In this document: positions 19,489 through 29,542 of the stretch, piece after piece
Layout of the letters: each line of letters starts with the position of its first letter
How positions within the stretch are numbered: the first letter of the stretch is position 1
Origin: a virus
Taxonomy: Duplodnaviria > Caudoviricetes
Direction: 5' to 3' (one strand)
DNA length: 64,000 bases
IMG/VR virus record: IMGVR_UViG_3300013121_000047
Coordinates: 1 to 64,000 of that record
Notes under the pieces: generated by a model
What the model saw: the letters and a program-made list of their open reading frames with translations, nothing else
What the model was told of the DNA's origin: nothing
The model's database searches: none
Program-made: the position numbers and the translations under genes

Positions 19489-22400
19489 ATGGCAGAAACA
19501 ATTTTAAAATTTCCAGGATACAGCGACAGCGAAATAGATGCTTCGGTAAGAGATACCGTCCCAACAGGTGATCCACCTGCAATTATTGGTGCGATGGTTC
19601 AAGGGCCAGCATTTATACCAACTGTAATTGGCTCCTTATCAGATCAAATTTCAAAATTTGGTCAAGTAACACCAGGATACCCAGCATCTTATGCTTCGCA
19701 AAGATGGTTAGAGAATAGAAACAGCGCAGTAATTGTAAGATTACTTGGTGCGGGCGCAAACAGTGGTTCTGGAGAATTTGACGATACACGAACAAAAGGA
19801 ATTGTTAAAAACGCAGGATTTGTTGTTTCTAGTTCACTTGTACAAGCTCCTAGTGATAGTCGCCATAATGGTGCAGTTCAATTTTTAATTGGGAAGCATG
19901 CACTTGCAACAAAAGAAGCTTATGGATATCCACTTTTCACAGATAATGATTCGTATACTGCGAGTAGCGGATACGTTAATCTTGTAAGAGGTATGATACT
20001 CTGTGCATCAGGTTCGAGAGTCATGGTTCTTGACGGAATCAATGAAGCATTCGAAAATAGTGTAAACGATATTGCTTCAATTGATAGCGGTTCAAACAGT
20101 GTAACTTATGGCAAATTTAAACTCGTTGTATCTACAAGTTTAGGTGCAAGTTTTTCTACTTCAGACGGATTTGATGGAATTAAAATCTTAACAGCTTCAC
20201 TAAATCCAACGGATAGTGACTATTTCGGAAAAGTACTAAATACTAATCCAGATAGATTCCAGCAAGAAGGTCATATTTTATATGCAGATTTTCCAATTGA
20301 TGCTGAGTTGGCACTAATCGCAAGTGGCTCTTCTAACTTGAACAGTGTTGCAATTATTTCTGGTTCTGCTGGAACAACTGCTACTGGTGGAATAACAACC
20401 GATCCATTTAGAAATTTATTTGGAAGATTTGATGCAAGATACTCCACACCAAAAACCCCAATGGTTATTTCTCAACCATTCGGAAATATTGAATACGAAT
20501 TATTTAATTTTGAAACCATTTCAGATGGTGATAACGCAAACCGAATGGTGAAAGTTTCGATTGCTGGATTAAAGGCATCTTCTGATCCAACATATGACTA
20601 TGGAACTTTTACAGTTGTTGTAAGAGATTTCAACGATACAGATTTTAATCCCCAAATTTTGGAACAGTTTCCAAATCTAACACTTGATAAAGATTCTGAT
20701 CGTTACATTGCCAAAATAATTGGAGATATTAAAGCAGAATATCGCTTTGACTTTGAAGATGAAAATGATCGCGGTGTAAACATTTCTGGGACCTATCCTA
20801 ATAGATCAAAATATATCAGAGTTAGAGTTACAGATGGGGTTTCATTAAAAACTTTGCCTGCCAAATGCTTGCCATTCGGTTTTAAAGGTGTTCCAACATT
20901 AAAAACCGCCGATTCAATAACAGACTCAAGCGGAACAACAAGAATTGGTTCCTCTGGTTCAATTTCTGGTTCACCAATTGTTCCTCCACTTCCTTTTAGA
21001 TTTAAGATAACAAGAGGTGATGTTTCTTCGACTGCTGCGTACACTGGCCAAGCTGGAACAACTGAAATTGTTGATGGTAGACTATATTGGGGTGTCAAAT
21101 TTGAAAGAAACTCTGATGCAACAAATACAAATATAATCAGCGAACAAAACGGATTAATTTCAAGTTATGGTAAACTTCTCGGAATATCAAAACTTGATAC
21201 CTTGTTTACAGGTTCATTTGCCGATTCTTTTAACAACAATAAGTTTTCGTTGTCAAAAGTTGTTCTTCCAACAACTGCAATCGCAGACTTAACTGCTTCT
21301 GTTGCTGCGATCTTAAAAGAGTCAGCATATATACGTAATGGAATTCCAGATGGAACAAATTACACAATTACCGATGGAAGTATAGGAGCCAGAATTACAC
21401 TAGCTTCAGTTCTACAAAAAGGCACAGCTGCTGAGTTTAACAGATTTAGCGATTATAGCAAATTCACAACTATGTTTTATGGTGGTTATGACGGTGTAAA
21501 CTTATTAGATAAAGAAGCTAGAAAGTTTACCGATAGATCAACGTCAATTGAATCAGGAAGTCTTGGCTATGGTGGCGCGGCATCAAGCTTTGTTTCTCCT
21601 GGATTTTTAAGTAACATGAATGGCGTGGGTGATGCAAATAACCAAATTAATAGTTACAAAACAGCTATTAAAATTGTTACAGATCCATTAACATCTCCAA
21701 TGTATATGTTAACTGTACCAGGACAAAGAGAACCGATTGTAACAGATTATGCTTCACAAAAGGTTTTGGATTTTGGTAGAGCATTTTACATAATGGATAT
21801 CCCTGCGTACGATAGCGACTCAGTTAGAATATTTGACGGAGAAACAAATAGATTTGTCGACAACCAAATAACTGCTAGAACATTTGATGCAAGAGCATTA
21901 GATAATAACGCTGTTGCTGTTTATCACCCATCAGTTACAATTGAAGATCCAATAAACGAAAAACGAACAGTTGTTCCAGCTTCAGTTGCGGCACTTTCAG
22001 TTTATGGTTTTAATGACAGAACAACTTATCCTTGGTATGCTGCCGCTGGTTTAAATCGTGGAGCACTTTTGTTTGTAAAAGCAGTCTCTCAAAAAACAAA
22101 AGCTTTAGACAAAAACTTATTCAGTGATACCAGAATTAATCCAATTCTAAAAGATGAAGGAATATATGTTATTTTTTCTCAATTCACTTTAAAACAAGGT
22201 TCAAATGCACTTACTTCAAGAGTAAATGTCAAACGACTTTCAATTGAAATTTCAAGAATGATTTCGAGTGTTGGTCATCCATTTATTTTTGAAAATTATA
22301 CAAATGCAGCGAGAGATAGTCTTGTTCGTACTTTAGAAAATAGATTTTCATTCTTGCAACAAACAAAAGCGATAAGTGCATTCCGTATAATTTGTGACGA

Positions 22401-22533
22401 TACAAACAATACAACTGTTGACAAAGAAAATCATAAAATAAACATATCAATTAAAGTAAGACCAATTGAATCTGTGGAATATGTTGACTTAAGTTTTGTG
22501 ATTACAAGATCTGGAACCTTCCTTATAACATAA
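19489..22533 (+). CDS. Tail sheath protein 1 (gp18-like)
   Basis: FPGY..EID, GPAFIPT, PWYAAAGLNRG, RINPI, RVNVKRL, CDDTNNT. Confidence 0.9.
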   Translation: MAETILKFPGYSDSEIDASVRDTVPTGDPPAIIGAMVQGPAFIPTVIGSLSDQISKFGQVTPGYPASYASQRWLENRNSAVIVRLLGAGANSGSGEFDDTRTKGIVKNAGFVVSSSLVQAPSDSRHNGAVQFLIGKHALATKEAYGYPLFTDNDSYTASSGYVNLVRGMILCASGSRVMVLDGINEAFENSVNDIASIDSGSNSVTYGKFKLVVSTSLGASFSTSDGFDGIKILTASLNPTDSDYFGKVLNTNPDRFQQEGHILYADFPIDAELALIASGSSNLNSVAIISGSAGTTATGGITTDPFRNLFGRFDARYSTPKTPMVISQPFGNIEYELFNFETISDGDNANRMVKVSIAGLKASSDPTYDYGTFTVVVRDFNDTDFNPQILEQFPNLTLDKDSDRYIAKIIGDIKAEYRFDFEDENDRGVNISGTYPNRSKYIRVRVTDGVSLKTLPAKCLPFGFKGVPTLKTADSITDSSGTTRIGSSGSISGSPIVPPLPFRFKITRGDVSSTAAYTGQAGTTEIVDGRLYWGVKFERNSDATNTNIISEQNGLISSYGKLLGISKLDTLFTGSFADSFNNNKFSLSKVVLPTTAIADLTASVAAILKESAYIRNGIPDGTNYTITDGSIGARITLASVLQKGTAAEFNRFSDYSKFTTMFYGGYDGVNLLDKEARKFTDRSTSIESGSLGYGGAASSFVSPGFLSNMNGVGDANNQINSYKTAIKIVTDPLTSPMYMLTVPGQREPIVTDYASQKVLDFGRAFYIMDIPAYDSDSVRIFDGETNRFVDNQITARTFDARALDNNAVAVYHPSVTIEDPINEKRTVVPASVAALSVYGFNDRTTYPWYAAAGLNRGALLFVKAVSQKTKALDKNLFSDTRINPILKDEGIYVIFSQFTLKQGSNALTSRVNVKRLSIEISRMISSVGHPFIFENYTNAARDSLVRTLENRFSFLQQTKAISAFRIICDDTNNTTVDKENHKINISIKVRPIESVEYVDLSFVITRSGTFLIT

Positions 22534-22556
22534 CTTTTATATTATAAAATAAAATA

Positions 22557-22599
22557 AAAACGCACTTTAGATATAATGCTAGGTGCGTTTTGTTTTTTT
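22557..22599 (+). terminator. Intrinsic terminator between the sheath genes
   Basis: AAAACGCAC...GTGCGTTTT stem followed by T-tract. Confidence 0.65.
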
Positions 22600-22635
22600 A
22601 CCGTAATTACCATTTGATAATAGGAAAATTAAAGA

Positions 22636-25600
22636 ATGGCAGATTTAACATTTAGAAGTCCTGGCGTAAATGTAAAAGAAATTGATATAAGTGGTGGTAC
22701 TGCTATACTACCTGCTGGCTTACCTGCGGTTGTAATTTCAACCACGCAAACAGGTCCAGCATTCGTTCCAGTTGTTGTTCCAACCTTAAAAGATTGGAGA
22801 ACATACTTCGGAGTTCCAGCAACTTATATTAATTTTGGAGCACTTGCAGCTACAGAATGGTTTAAAACCCAACAAGCTTTAACTCAAATAAGAGTATTGG
22901 GTGTCGGTGATGGCACACAACGAACAGACAGTGGAGATAATCGTGGAAAAGTAACAAGTGCTGGTTTCGTTGTCGGTGATCGCCAACCTCAGTCTAGTTT
23001 ATCTGGCGCTTTAGGAAGTAACGTTTATGCAAACACAGTATCTGCCGCACCAAATGCAACAGGTTCGGCTGGAAGAACTTACTTCTTGGGTTGTTACATG
23101 TCTCAAAGTAATGGGTCGTCATTTTTGTCAGAGGCTGGATTAAGTGGTTATGGGCAGCCAATTTTAAGAGGTGTTATCATGGCGGCCTCTGGCGTTATTC
23201 CAACACTTTCTTCATCAAGAGGTCCAGATTCTTCTATTCCAAATGCATCAACTTCAGCGGATTATTCAGCTGGAACAGTAAAAGGTTATATAACAGGTAC
23301 CGTTTACTTATCTGGTGGCTCTCAAGAATTCGTTGTTTTGTTAAATGGACATAAAGGAACGAGCGAATCTTATCCAAGAGCCCTAACCGCATCATTTGAT
23401 CCAACTGCTCCAAACTATTTGGGAACTGTTTTAAATAAAGATCCACTTAAATTAGAAGAAGCTGGATACGTTTTGTATTCTTACTATGATGTACATAGCT
23501 CACTTGCCGTACCAACAGGTTCAGGAATTATTGCTACAACAAGTGGTGGTATTCGAGAAAATATTGCATTTTTAGTTACAGGTGCGATGTCAAGAAACAG
23601 TGGTTCTTCAACAGCTCCAAACTACGAATCGTTTGAAGATAGATATCGTACTGCTCACACTCCGTGGTTCATTTCTCAGCGCCAAGGTGGATTATATCAA
23701 AACTTATTTAGATTCCATCTTATAAGTGATGGCGAAACAAACCCAGTTAAAGTAAGCATTGAAAACATTTCACCATCTACAAGTGATGTAAATCCATATG
23801 GAACATTTGATGTACTTGTTAGAGCATTTAGTGACACCGATAGCAACAAAGTCATTTTAGAAGCTTTTAGAGGTTTAACTCTAAATCCAAAATCTAGCAA
23901 ATATATCGCAAAACAAATTGGAGATAAAAATATTTATTACAATTTCGATGCATCTGAAGATCAACAAGGTTTATCAGAACCAGGAAATTATGATCTTCGT
24001 TCTAGATATATTCGTGTTGAAATGGATGAATTGGTTGATAACATAGAAACTGATTCAAGTTTACTTCCAATGGGTTTCCGTGGTCCACAACACCTTGTAA
24101 CTTCTGGAAGCGCTCCTATGCCAGCTTATTCAGATACCAGTCATTTACTTTCTCAAAATCCATTTAATAAAATGGTGGAACCTCCTATTCCTTTTAGAAC
24201 TGCAATTTCCAAAGGAACAGGAACAACTAAAACTGCTGACCGTAGTTTATATTGGGGCATTCAATTTGAAAATGTTGTATCTGTTAGTGAACCAAATAGT
24301 TCCAAAATTCCAAATAGAAGCTTAGTATCCAGAACTAAATATTTTCCAACTTTCCAGGTTGACTGGGCAAATTTTGCTGTTGATAATAACGAAGGTGTTG
24401 CCGACACAGCAGCAAATGGTATTTTGGATGCTGATAGGTTTAATAACAATTTATTCTCATTAGAAAAAATTAGAATTTATTATAACTCTACAACAAATCT
24501 TCCAAATACAAACCAGATTAAAAATTGGGCTTACGTTAGAGCAGGAAATATATCTACAGATACATCTGCTTTAACAAGAGCACTTCAAGTTTCTGATTTG
24601 CTTGAACCAACAACCAGAACCGTTGCTAAATTCACATGTTATTTCTACGGTGGATTTGACGGTGTAAGAATTTTTAACTTAGATACAAAATATCTTACAA
24701 ACAAAGCAATTGTCGAAGAAATGGTTTCTTCTAATAGAGGATTCTCTGATGGACCAACCGTTAAAGCATATAGAAAATCTTTAGATCTTGTTGCAGATTC
24801 CACAGAAGTTGATGGAAGACTGTTTGTTATCCCTGGTATTCGCCACGAAATTATTACTGACGCAGCAATTGATGTGGCAACACGATCAAGAAATGATATT
24901 TTCTATATTTTTGATCTTGAAGAAAAAGATACAAATGGAAATACTATAACAAGTGACACTCAAGATGTGTCTATTTCTCAAACAATTACAAATTTTAGAA
25001 ATCGTGGTCTTGATTCAAGTTATGCTGCGACATATTTCCCTGATGTTATAATTCAAGACTCTTATAATAAAGTTTCTGTAAGAGTCCCTCCGTCTGTTGC
25101 TGTGCTCGGAGCATATGGATTAAATGATCTTATAGGATATTCATGGTTTGCACCAGCAGGATTTACTCGTGGCGCTTTAAATAGTGTTGATAGAACTGCG
25201 CTAAGTATTAAACAAGAAAATCTAGATGATTTGTATCCAGAAAAAATAAATCCAATAACAGCATTTCCAGGTGAAGGCGTAAAAGTTTGGGGCCAAAAAA
25301 CGGTAAATGCAAGTGTTTCTTCTCTCGAAAGAATTAATGTTCGTAGATTATTACTTACACTACGAAGAAGAATACGTTTAATTTCGAAATCTGCACTTTT
25401 TGAACAGTACACAGATACTCTCTTACAAGAATTTTCTAAATTAGTAGAACCAGTATTAAAAGAAATACAAGATCTTGGCGGTTTAGAAAACTACAGAGTT
25501 TATATTAATAATCTAACAACAACTCAACTTGATAAAGAAAATCGAGTTATTAGAGGAAAAATTATCGTTCAACCAACAGAGTCGATTGAATTTATTGAGT

Positions 25601-25644
25601 CAACATTTGAGTTAACAAGAGGAAATGTTAATTTTACCGACTAA
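22636..25644 (+). CDS. Tail sheath protein 2 (gp18-like)
   Basis: SPGVNVKEID, GPAFVP, WFAPAGFTRG, INPI..FPGEG..VWGQKT, RINVRRLL. Confidence 0.92.
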   Translation: MADLTFRSPGVNVKEIDISGGTAILPAGLPAVVISTTQTGPAFVPVVVPTLKDWRTYFGVPATYINFGALAATEWFKTQQALTQIRVLGVGDGTQRTDSGDNRGKVTSAGFVVGDRQPQSSLSGALGSNVYANTVSAAPNATGSAGRTYFLGCYMSQSNGSSFLSEAGLSGYGQPILRGVIMAASGVIPTLSSSRGPDSSIPNASTSADYSAGTVKGYITGTVYLSGGSQEFVVLLNGHKGTSESYPRALTASFDPTAPNYLGTVLNKDPLKLEEAGYVLYSYYDVHSSLAVPTGSGIIATTSGGIRENIAFLVTGAMSRNSGSSTAPNYESFEDRYRTAHTPWFISQRQGGLYQNLFRFHLISDGETNPVKVSIENISPSTSDVNPYGTFDVLVRAFSDTDSNKVILEAFRGLTLNPKSSKYIAKQIGDKNIYYNFDASEDQQGLSEPGNYDLRSRYIRVEMDELVDNIETDSSLLPMGFRGPQHLVTSGSAPMPAYSDTSHLLSQNPFNKMVEPPIPFRTAISKGTGTTKTADRSLYWGIQFENVVSVSEPNSSKIPNRSLVSRTKYFPTFQVDWANFAVDNNEGVADTAANGILDADRFNNNLFSLEKIRIYYNSTTNLPNTNQIKNWAYVRAGNISTDTSALTRALQVSDLLEPTTRTVAKFTCYFYGGFDGVRIFNLDTKYLTNKAIVEEMVSSNRGFSDGPTVKAYRKSLDLVADSTEVDGRLFVIPGIRHEIITDAAIDVATRSRNDIFYIFDLEEKDTNGNTITSDTQDVSISQTITNFRNRGLDSSYAATYFPDVIIQDSYNKVSVRVPPSVAVLGAYGLNDLIGYSWFAPAGFTRGALNSVDRTALSIKQENLDDLYPEKINPITAFPGEGVKVWGQKTVNASVSSLERINVRRLLLTLRRRIRLISKSALFEQYTDTLLQEFSKLVEPVLKEIQDLGGLENYRVYINNLTTTQLDKENRVIRGKIIVQPTESIEFIESTFELTRGNVNFTD

Positions 25645-25677
25645 AATTAGTTCGAAACTATTAATTTTATTTTAAAT

Positions 25678-25720
25678 AAATTCCTATTTCTAAAATATTT
25701 ATTCCTAGAAATAGGAATTT
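25678..25720 (+). promoter_or_regulatory. Perfect 15-bp inverted repeat with TATTTA in the loop and AGGA RBS in the 3' arm
   Basis: AAATTCCTATTTCTA (25678-25692) / TAGAAATAGGAATTT (25706-25720). Confidence 0.7.
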
Positions 25721-25729
25721 TTATTTATA

Positions 25730-26218
25730 ATGGCAGAAACAATACCAGTCGGCAAAATGCAACCAGTAAAATGGGAGCCAGTTTTAAAAAATCGTGCAAT
25801 TCTTGAAATTGAAGGAGTTGATTACTTCTTTGTAAAAAGTTTTTCCGCACCAGAAGTGCAAGTTGAAAAAGCAGATATCCATTGGTTAAATGTCCAACGT
25901 AAAGTTGCAACAAAAATGACATTTCAACCAATGAATGTTACCTTGCACCAAGCAATAGCCCCTAGCGCTGGTCAACAAGTTCAAGAATGGCTCAGACTCT
26001 CAACAGAATATATTTCTGGAAGATCTGGATATATGGATTTTTATAAACGAGATATAACAATCAAAGTTCTCGATCCAGTTGGAAATGTTATTAACCGTTG
26101 GGAAATTCGTGGTGCGTTTTTAACATCCGCAAACTTTGGAGAATTCTCTCATGAATCCGCCGAACTTCAAGAAATTCAATTAACAATTGAATACGATGCA
26201 GCTACACAAACTTTTTGA
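25730..26218 (+). CDS. Tail tube protein (gp19-like)
   Basis: VQEW...YKRDITIKVLDPVG....WEIRGAF...FG......IQLTIEYD; follows sheath. Confidence 0.9.
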   Translation: MAETIPVGKMQPVKWEPVLKNRAILEIEGVDYFFVKSFSAPEVQVEKADIHWLNVQRKVATKMTFQPMNVTLHQAIAPSAGQQVQEWLRLSTEYISGRSGYMDFYKRDITIKVLDPVGNVINRWEIRGAFLTSANFGEFSHESAELQEIQLTIEYDAATQTF

Positions 26219-26274
26219 TATCTCCAATAATTTCAACCACTTAGACAGGTTTCTTAAAAAATCTTTTCATTAAA

Positions 26275-26328
26275 AAAAACCTTATGATCATACCTTGACT
26301 TTTTTGGTAACATGATCATAAGGTTTTT
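26275..26328 (+). promoter_or_regulatory. 17-bp inverted repeat enclosing a TTGACT -35 box upstream of the HNH gene
   Basis: AAAAACCTTATGATCAT / ATGATCATAAGGTTTTT. Confidence 0.65.
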
Positions 26329-26332
26329 AATT

Positions 26333-27280
26333 ATGAAAAAGAATGAGTTAGAAAAAGAAAACTCCAACTTAGAGCTTTCAGAAGAAGAAAAAAAGAAGAA
26401 CAAAACCTATAAGTGTCCTGAATGTGAAGTTTGTTTTAACCTAGATTCTTTGCGAATTCACTATTCAAAATCGCACAAAAAAACTTCAAGTGAATTATGT
26501 GTCAAATTATTTTACAATGGAATTGAACCGACTTGTAAATGTGGATGCGGCGGCAAAGTTTACTATTTTGGATTAACAATAGGATTTGGCTCTTATGTTA
26601 AAGGGCATCATGTTAGAGAATATGATAAAAACCCATGGAATAAAGAAAAAGGAATTGAAGCAAGAAGAAAATCTAACGAAACTCAAATGAGACTTTGCAA
26701 AGAAGGAAAGATAAAACTTTTTGGCGGAAAAGAACCTTGGAATAAAGGTAAAGTAAAGGCAACAGATCCTGATTATGCTGCTAGAATTAAATTTACAGAT
26801 ACAGAAGAATTCAAAAGAAAGAGTAGCGAAATTGGAAAAAGAAACTGGAAAGAAAATAAAATTCCAGTTTTAAAGGGTGAAAAATCTTACGTTTGGAAAG
26901 GTGGAGTGAGTTCTCTTAGTAAAATTTGCAGAGCCTCAAATCTTTTATATAAAAAATGGATTTATCCAAAACTTAAAGAAAATAATTTTTCTTGTCTTGA
27001 GTGTGGTGTTGCCGATAGCAATCTTGAAGTTCACCACGACAAAGAAAAATTTTCAGAAATTTTAAGAAAAATTGCAAAAGAGGAAGGTTGGCTTGAAAAA
27101 CACTTTCTAAGTGTAAGACTGGAAAATCCAGATAAAGAAACACTTGATTTAAAAGAAAAAATAGCTGACAAAGTTGCGGAATATCATATCCAAAACAATG
27201 TAAGTGGAATTCCCTTGTGTCAAAAATGTCACGAAAAGCAACATAAAAATTACAACATTAAAAAGAAAAAATCCTTATAA
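26333..27280 (+). mobile_element. Free-standing HNH homing endonuclease (C2H2-like finger, CKCGCG, PWNKG NUMOD3-like motifs)
   Basis: CPEC..H...H, CKCGCG, PWNK(E/G), CLECG..LEVHH...CQKCH; start chosen at ATG 26333. Confidence 0.75.
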
Positions 27281-27287
27281 TCACACC

Positions 27288-27316
27288 TTGACTTTTTGGG
27301 AACTTATTCATATAAT
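27288..27316 (+). promoter_or_regulatory. Near-consensus sigma70 promoter, leaderless transcript
   Basis: TTGACT-17nt-TATAAT, ATG at 27325. Confidence 0.75.
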
Positions 27317-27324
27317 GTTTTTTT

Positions 27325-27807
27325 ATGCAAACAGAAAAACAAGAGAAACGTTCTTCTCCATTTTTTAAAACATGGTATTGGTCAAGAGTACCTGGCAAAT
27401 TTATAGATAAAGAAACTGGGAAAGAGCCCGAAAGAACAACTCTAATAGCAGGGCCAATGTATACTGGAACAGTAAGAGAATGGGCTGAATTTCTTACTCT
27501 TATGGTATCAGATGCCTCAAACTATATTCAAGTTGAAAACGGAGTAAATCCATATACTGTTATAGCATTTAACCGACAAACAAAAACAACGAGTTATGTT
27601 GAGTGTTATAGTCCAATAAAACAAATAACAACTGGTTTAAATGGGAAAACAATACTAGAAATTTGTGTTGGTTATCGTTCTGCAAATGAATTTAACGGAA
27701 CACTAAATGAAAGAACAGAAGTTAAGTTTGATCCAATGTATCCAGAAGATGTTTTGGTTGTTGGAGAGTTTGGAAAAAATCCAATCTTAATTAAGGTCAT
27801 TGACTGA
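27325..27807 (+). CDS. Stand-alone paralog of the major capsid protein A-domain region
   Basis: YWSRVPGKFIDKETG...AGPMYTGTVREW vs MCP YWSRAPGKFVNKQTG...AGPAFTGTVREW; KFDPMYPEDVLVVG vs YRDPYFPRNKILIG. Confidence 0.85.
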   Translation: MQTEKQEKRSSPFFKTWYWSRVPGKFIDKETGKEPERTTLIAGPMYTGTVREWAEFLTLMVSDASNYIQVENGVNPYTVIAFNRQTKTTSYVECYSPIKQITTGLNGKTILEICVGYRSANEFNGTLNERTEVKFDPMYPEDVLVVGEFGKNPILIKVID

Positions 27808-27834
27808 CTCATAATGTAAGTTTAACTATCAAGT

Positions 27835-28371
27835 ATGGATAAAGTAAACCTTATAGGTATAAAAGACGAATATGGTTCATATTGTCAATATTGGCCTGTG
27901 AAACCTGGAACGATAGTTAATATACTAACAGGGCAAGTTATAGCAGATAATATTCCATCTATGTCACCACACGGGCGATTATTGTTAGTCGCCCCAACAA
28001 CTGAAAAAAAAGAAAATTTAAAGTTTTGGAATCACACATTTTTAGTAAGTTTAATAGAAATAACAGAATGGTTTGAAAATCAAAGTTTAGACAATTATAG
28101 TACTATTCTTGTCGGCACTTCTGGTTGGAAACTTTTTAAAGATTTAGAATTATTTAATTTTAAATTAAAAAATGATTTTAAAGCTGAAATAACATGTTCA
28201 AACTATTCAAAAGATCCTAAAACAGCAGAACCTATTAAAATTGAAACAACCTATGAAATAAAATATGAACCATATTTTAATATAGATTCTATTTTAATTG
28301 GAAACAGAGAACTCGGCCCCACTGTTATGATTAAGCTTCTATACACAGAGGAACTATTTGCAGATGGTTAA
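27835..28371 (+). CDS. Second, more divergent capsid A-domain-like paralog
   Basis: YWPVKPGTIVNILTG, STILVG, YEIKYEPYFNIDSILIG align to MCP motifs. Confidence 0.65.
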   Translation: MDKVNLIGIKDEYGSYCQYWPVKPGTIVNILTGQVIADNIPSMSPHGRLLLVAPTTEKKENLKFWNHTFLVSLIEITEWFENQSLDNYSTILVGTSGWKLFKDLELFNFKLKNDFKAEITCSNYSKDPKTAEPIKIETTYEIKYEPYFNIDSILIGNRELGPTVMIKLLYTEELFADG

Positions 28372-28813
28372 GTTTAAAAATTTAATTAAAGACAATGTTG
28401 GATTCTATAGTGTAGAATATGACGATTATTTGGCTTTTGCCCATGCTTTAGAAAAAAGTAAACAGCTATTCGAACACAATAAAGAAAGTATTGTATTAGA
28501 AACAAAATTACACGAAGAAATTATTAAAACTTACAAAACCAAAGATAATATAATTTATAATTTTCTGCAATTTTCTTCTATAGATTCGTCTAGTTCTTTC
28601 AAAGTAAGAGCAATTCCATTTAATGTCAAAAGTTTAACTTCAAGTGCTATAGAAACATATATGAGTTATATCGATATTTGGCTTCATGTTGATACCGCAA
28701 ATAAAACAACATCATATAAATTTTTTCAATATCCATATAAGAAAGAAGATTTTCTTTATATGGAAGATGAAATTGCACTTAGTATGGATAAGATTATAGG
28801 AATTGAGTTTTAA
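28358..28813 (+). CDS. Hypothetical protein, possibly a third very divergent A-domain-like copy
   Basis: Similar size, same operon, SYKFFQYPYKKEDFLYM at the equivalent position; likely start MVKF at 28364. Confidence 0.4.
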   Translation: MQMVKFKNLIKDNVGFYSVEYDDYLAFAHALEKSKQLFEHNKESIVLETKLHEEIIKTYKTKDNIIYNFLQFSSIDSSSSFKVRAIPFNVKSLTSSAIETYMSYIDIWLHVDTANKTTSYKFFQYPYKKEDFLYMEDEIALSMDKIIGIEF

Positions 28814-28879
28814 ACCATTGAAGACACTGGTTTTTTTGCTCCAAAAATAAATTGTTTACTGATTCCATATTGGTAAACA

Positions 28880-29542
28880 TTAAAATTTCTTGGTAAAACC
28901 ATAATCTAGAATAACAAAATCACCATTTCGTCTTCGTCCCCAATTTCGTAAGTATAAATCTCCTGGGTTGATATCACATCTACGAATAACTGATAAAAGT
29001 TGCTTTAGCCAAGGAGATTTCTTTCCAGAAGATGCTCTTTTTTGAGCAGTTAAAAATCCTAAAAATGCTCCAATAAACATTTCTCCTTCTAACTCGTAAT
29101 TGGTAATTTTCTCTTCTTCTCCGCCATAAGATTCAATCCATATTTCTGTATTAAGAAAGTCAGAACCTTCCAATTCTCCTTTTAGATATTCCACAAAAGA
29201 TAGTGTGTCTCTGGCTGGATTTAACCCTCTTACTTTTTCGGAAATTATCCAAGTATAACCAATCGTATCATATGCATATATTTTTGTTAAAAACTTATCT
29301 CCACCGCAAGTTTTAATTTCAACTTCTTTTTTTATTTCATGAGTTTCGTCTTCAGAAACTTTTAAAACATAGTCATCGTTTAATTGGTAGACTACTTTAA
29401 ATGATCCCGCTCCAATTTCTTTGCCCGCAAACAGCTCTTTAATTTCATCAACAGAACTATTGTTTAAAACAAAAACAAGTTCTTTCATTGTTTTTGGCAT
29501 TTTAGATATTGCCATTTCAAAAATAATTGATTTAATTTCCAT
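28880..29542 (-). CDS. Minimal protein-kinase-like protein with IFE leader
   Basis: Start MEIKSIIFE at 29542; IGAGSFKVVY, YVLKV, KKEVEI, DLYLRN, ILDYG. Confidence 0.8.
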   Translation of the reverse strand: MEIKSIIFEMAISKMPKTMKELVFVLNNSSVDEIKELFAGKEIGAGSFKVVYQLNDDYVLKVSEDETHEIKKEVEIKTCGGDKFLTKIYAYDTIGYTWIISEKVRGLNPARDTLSFVEYLKGELEGSDFLNTEIWIESYGGEEEKITNYELEGEMFIGAFLGFLTAQKRASSGKKSPWLKQLLSVIRRCDINPGDLYLRNWGRRRNGDFVILDYGFTKKF

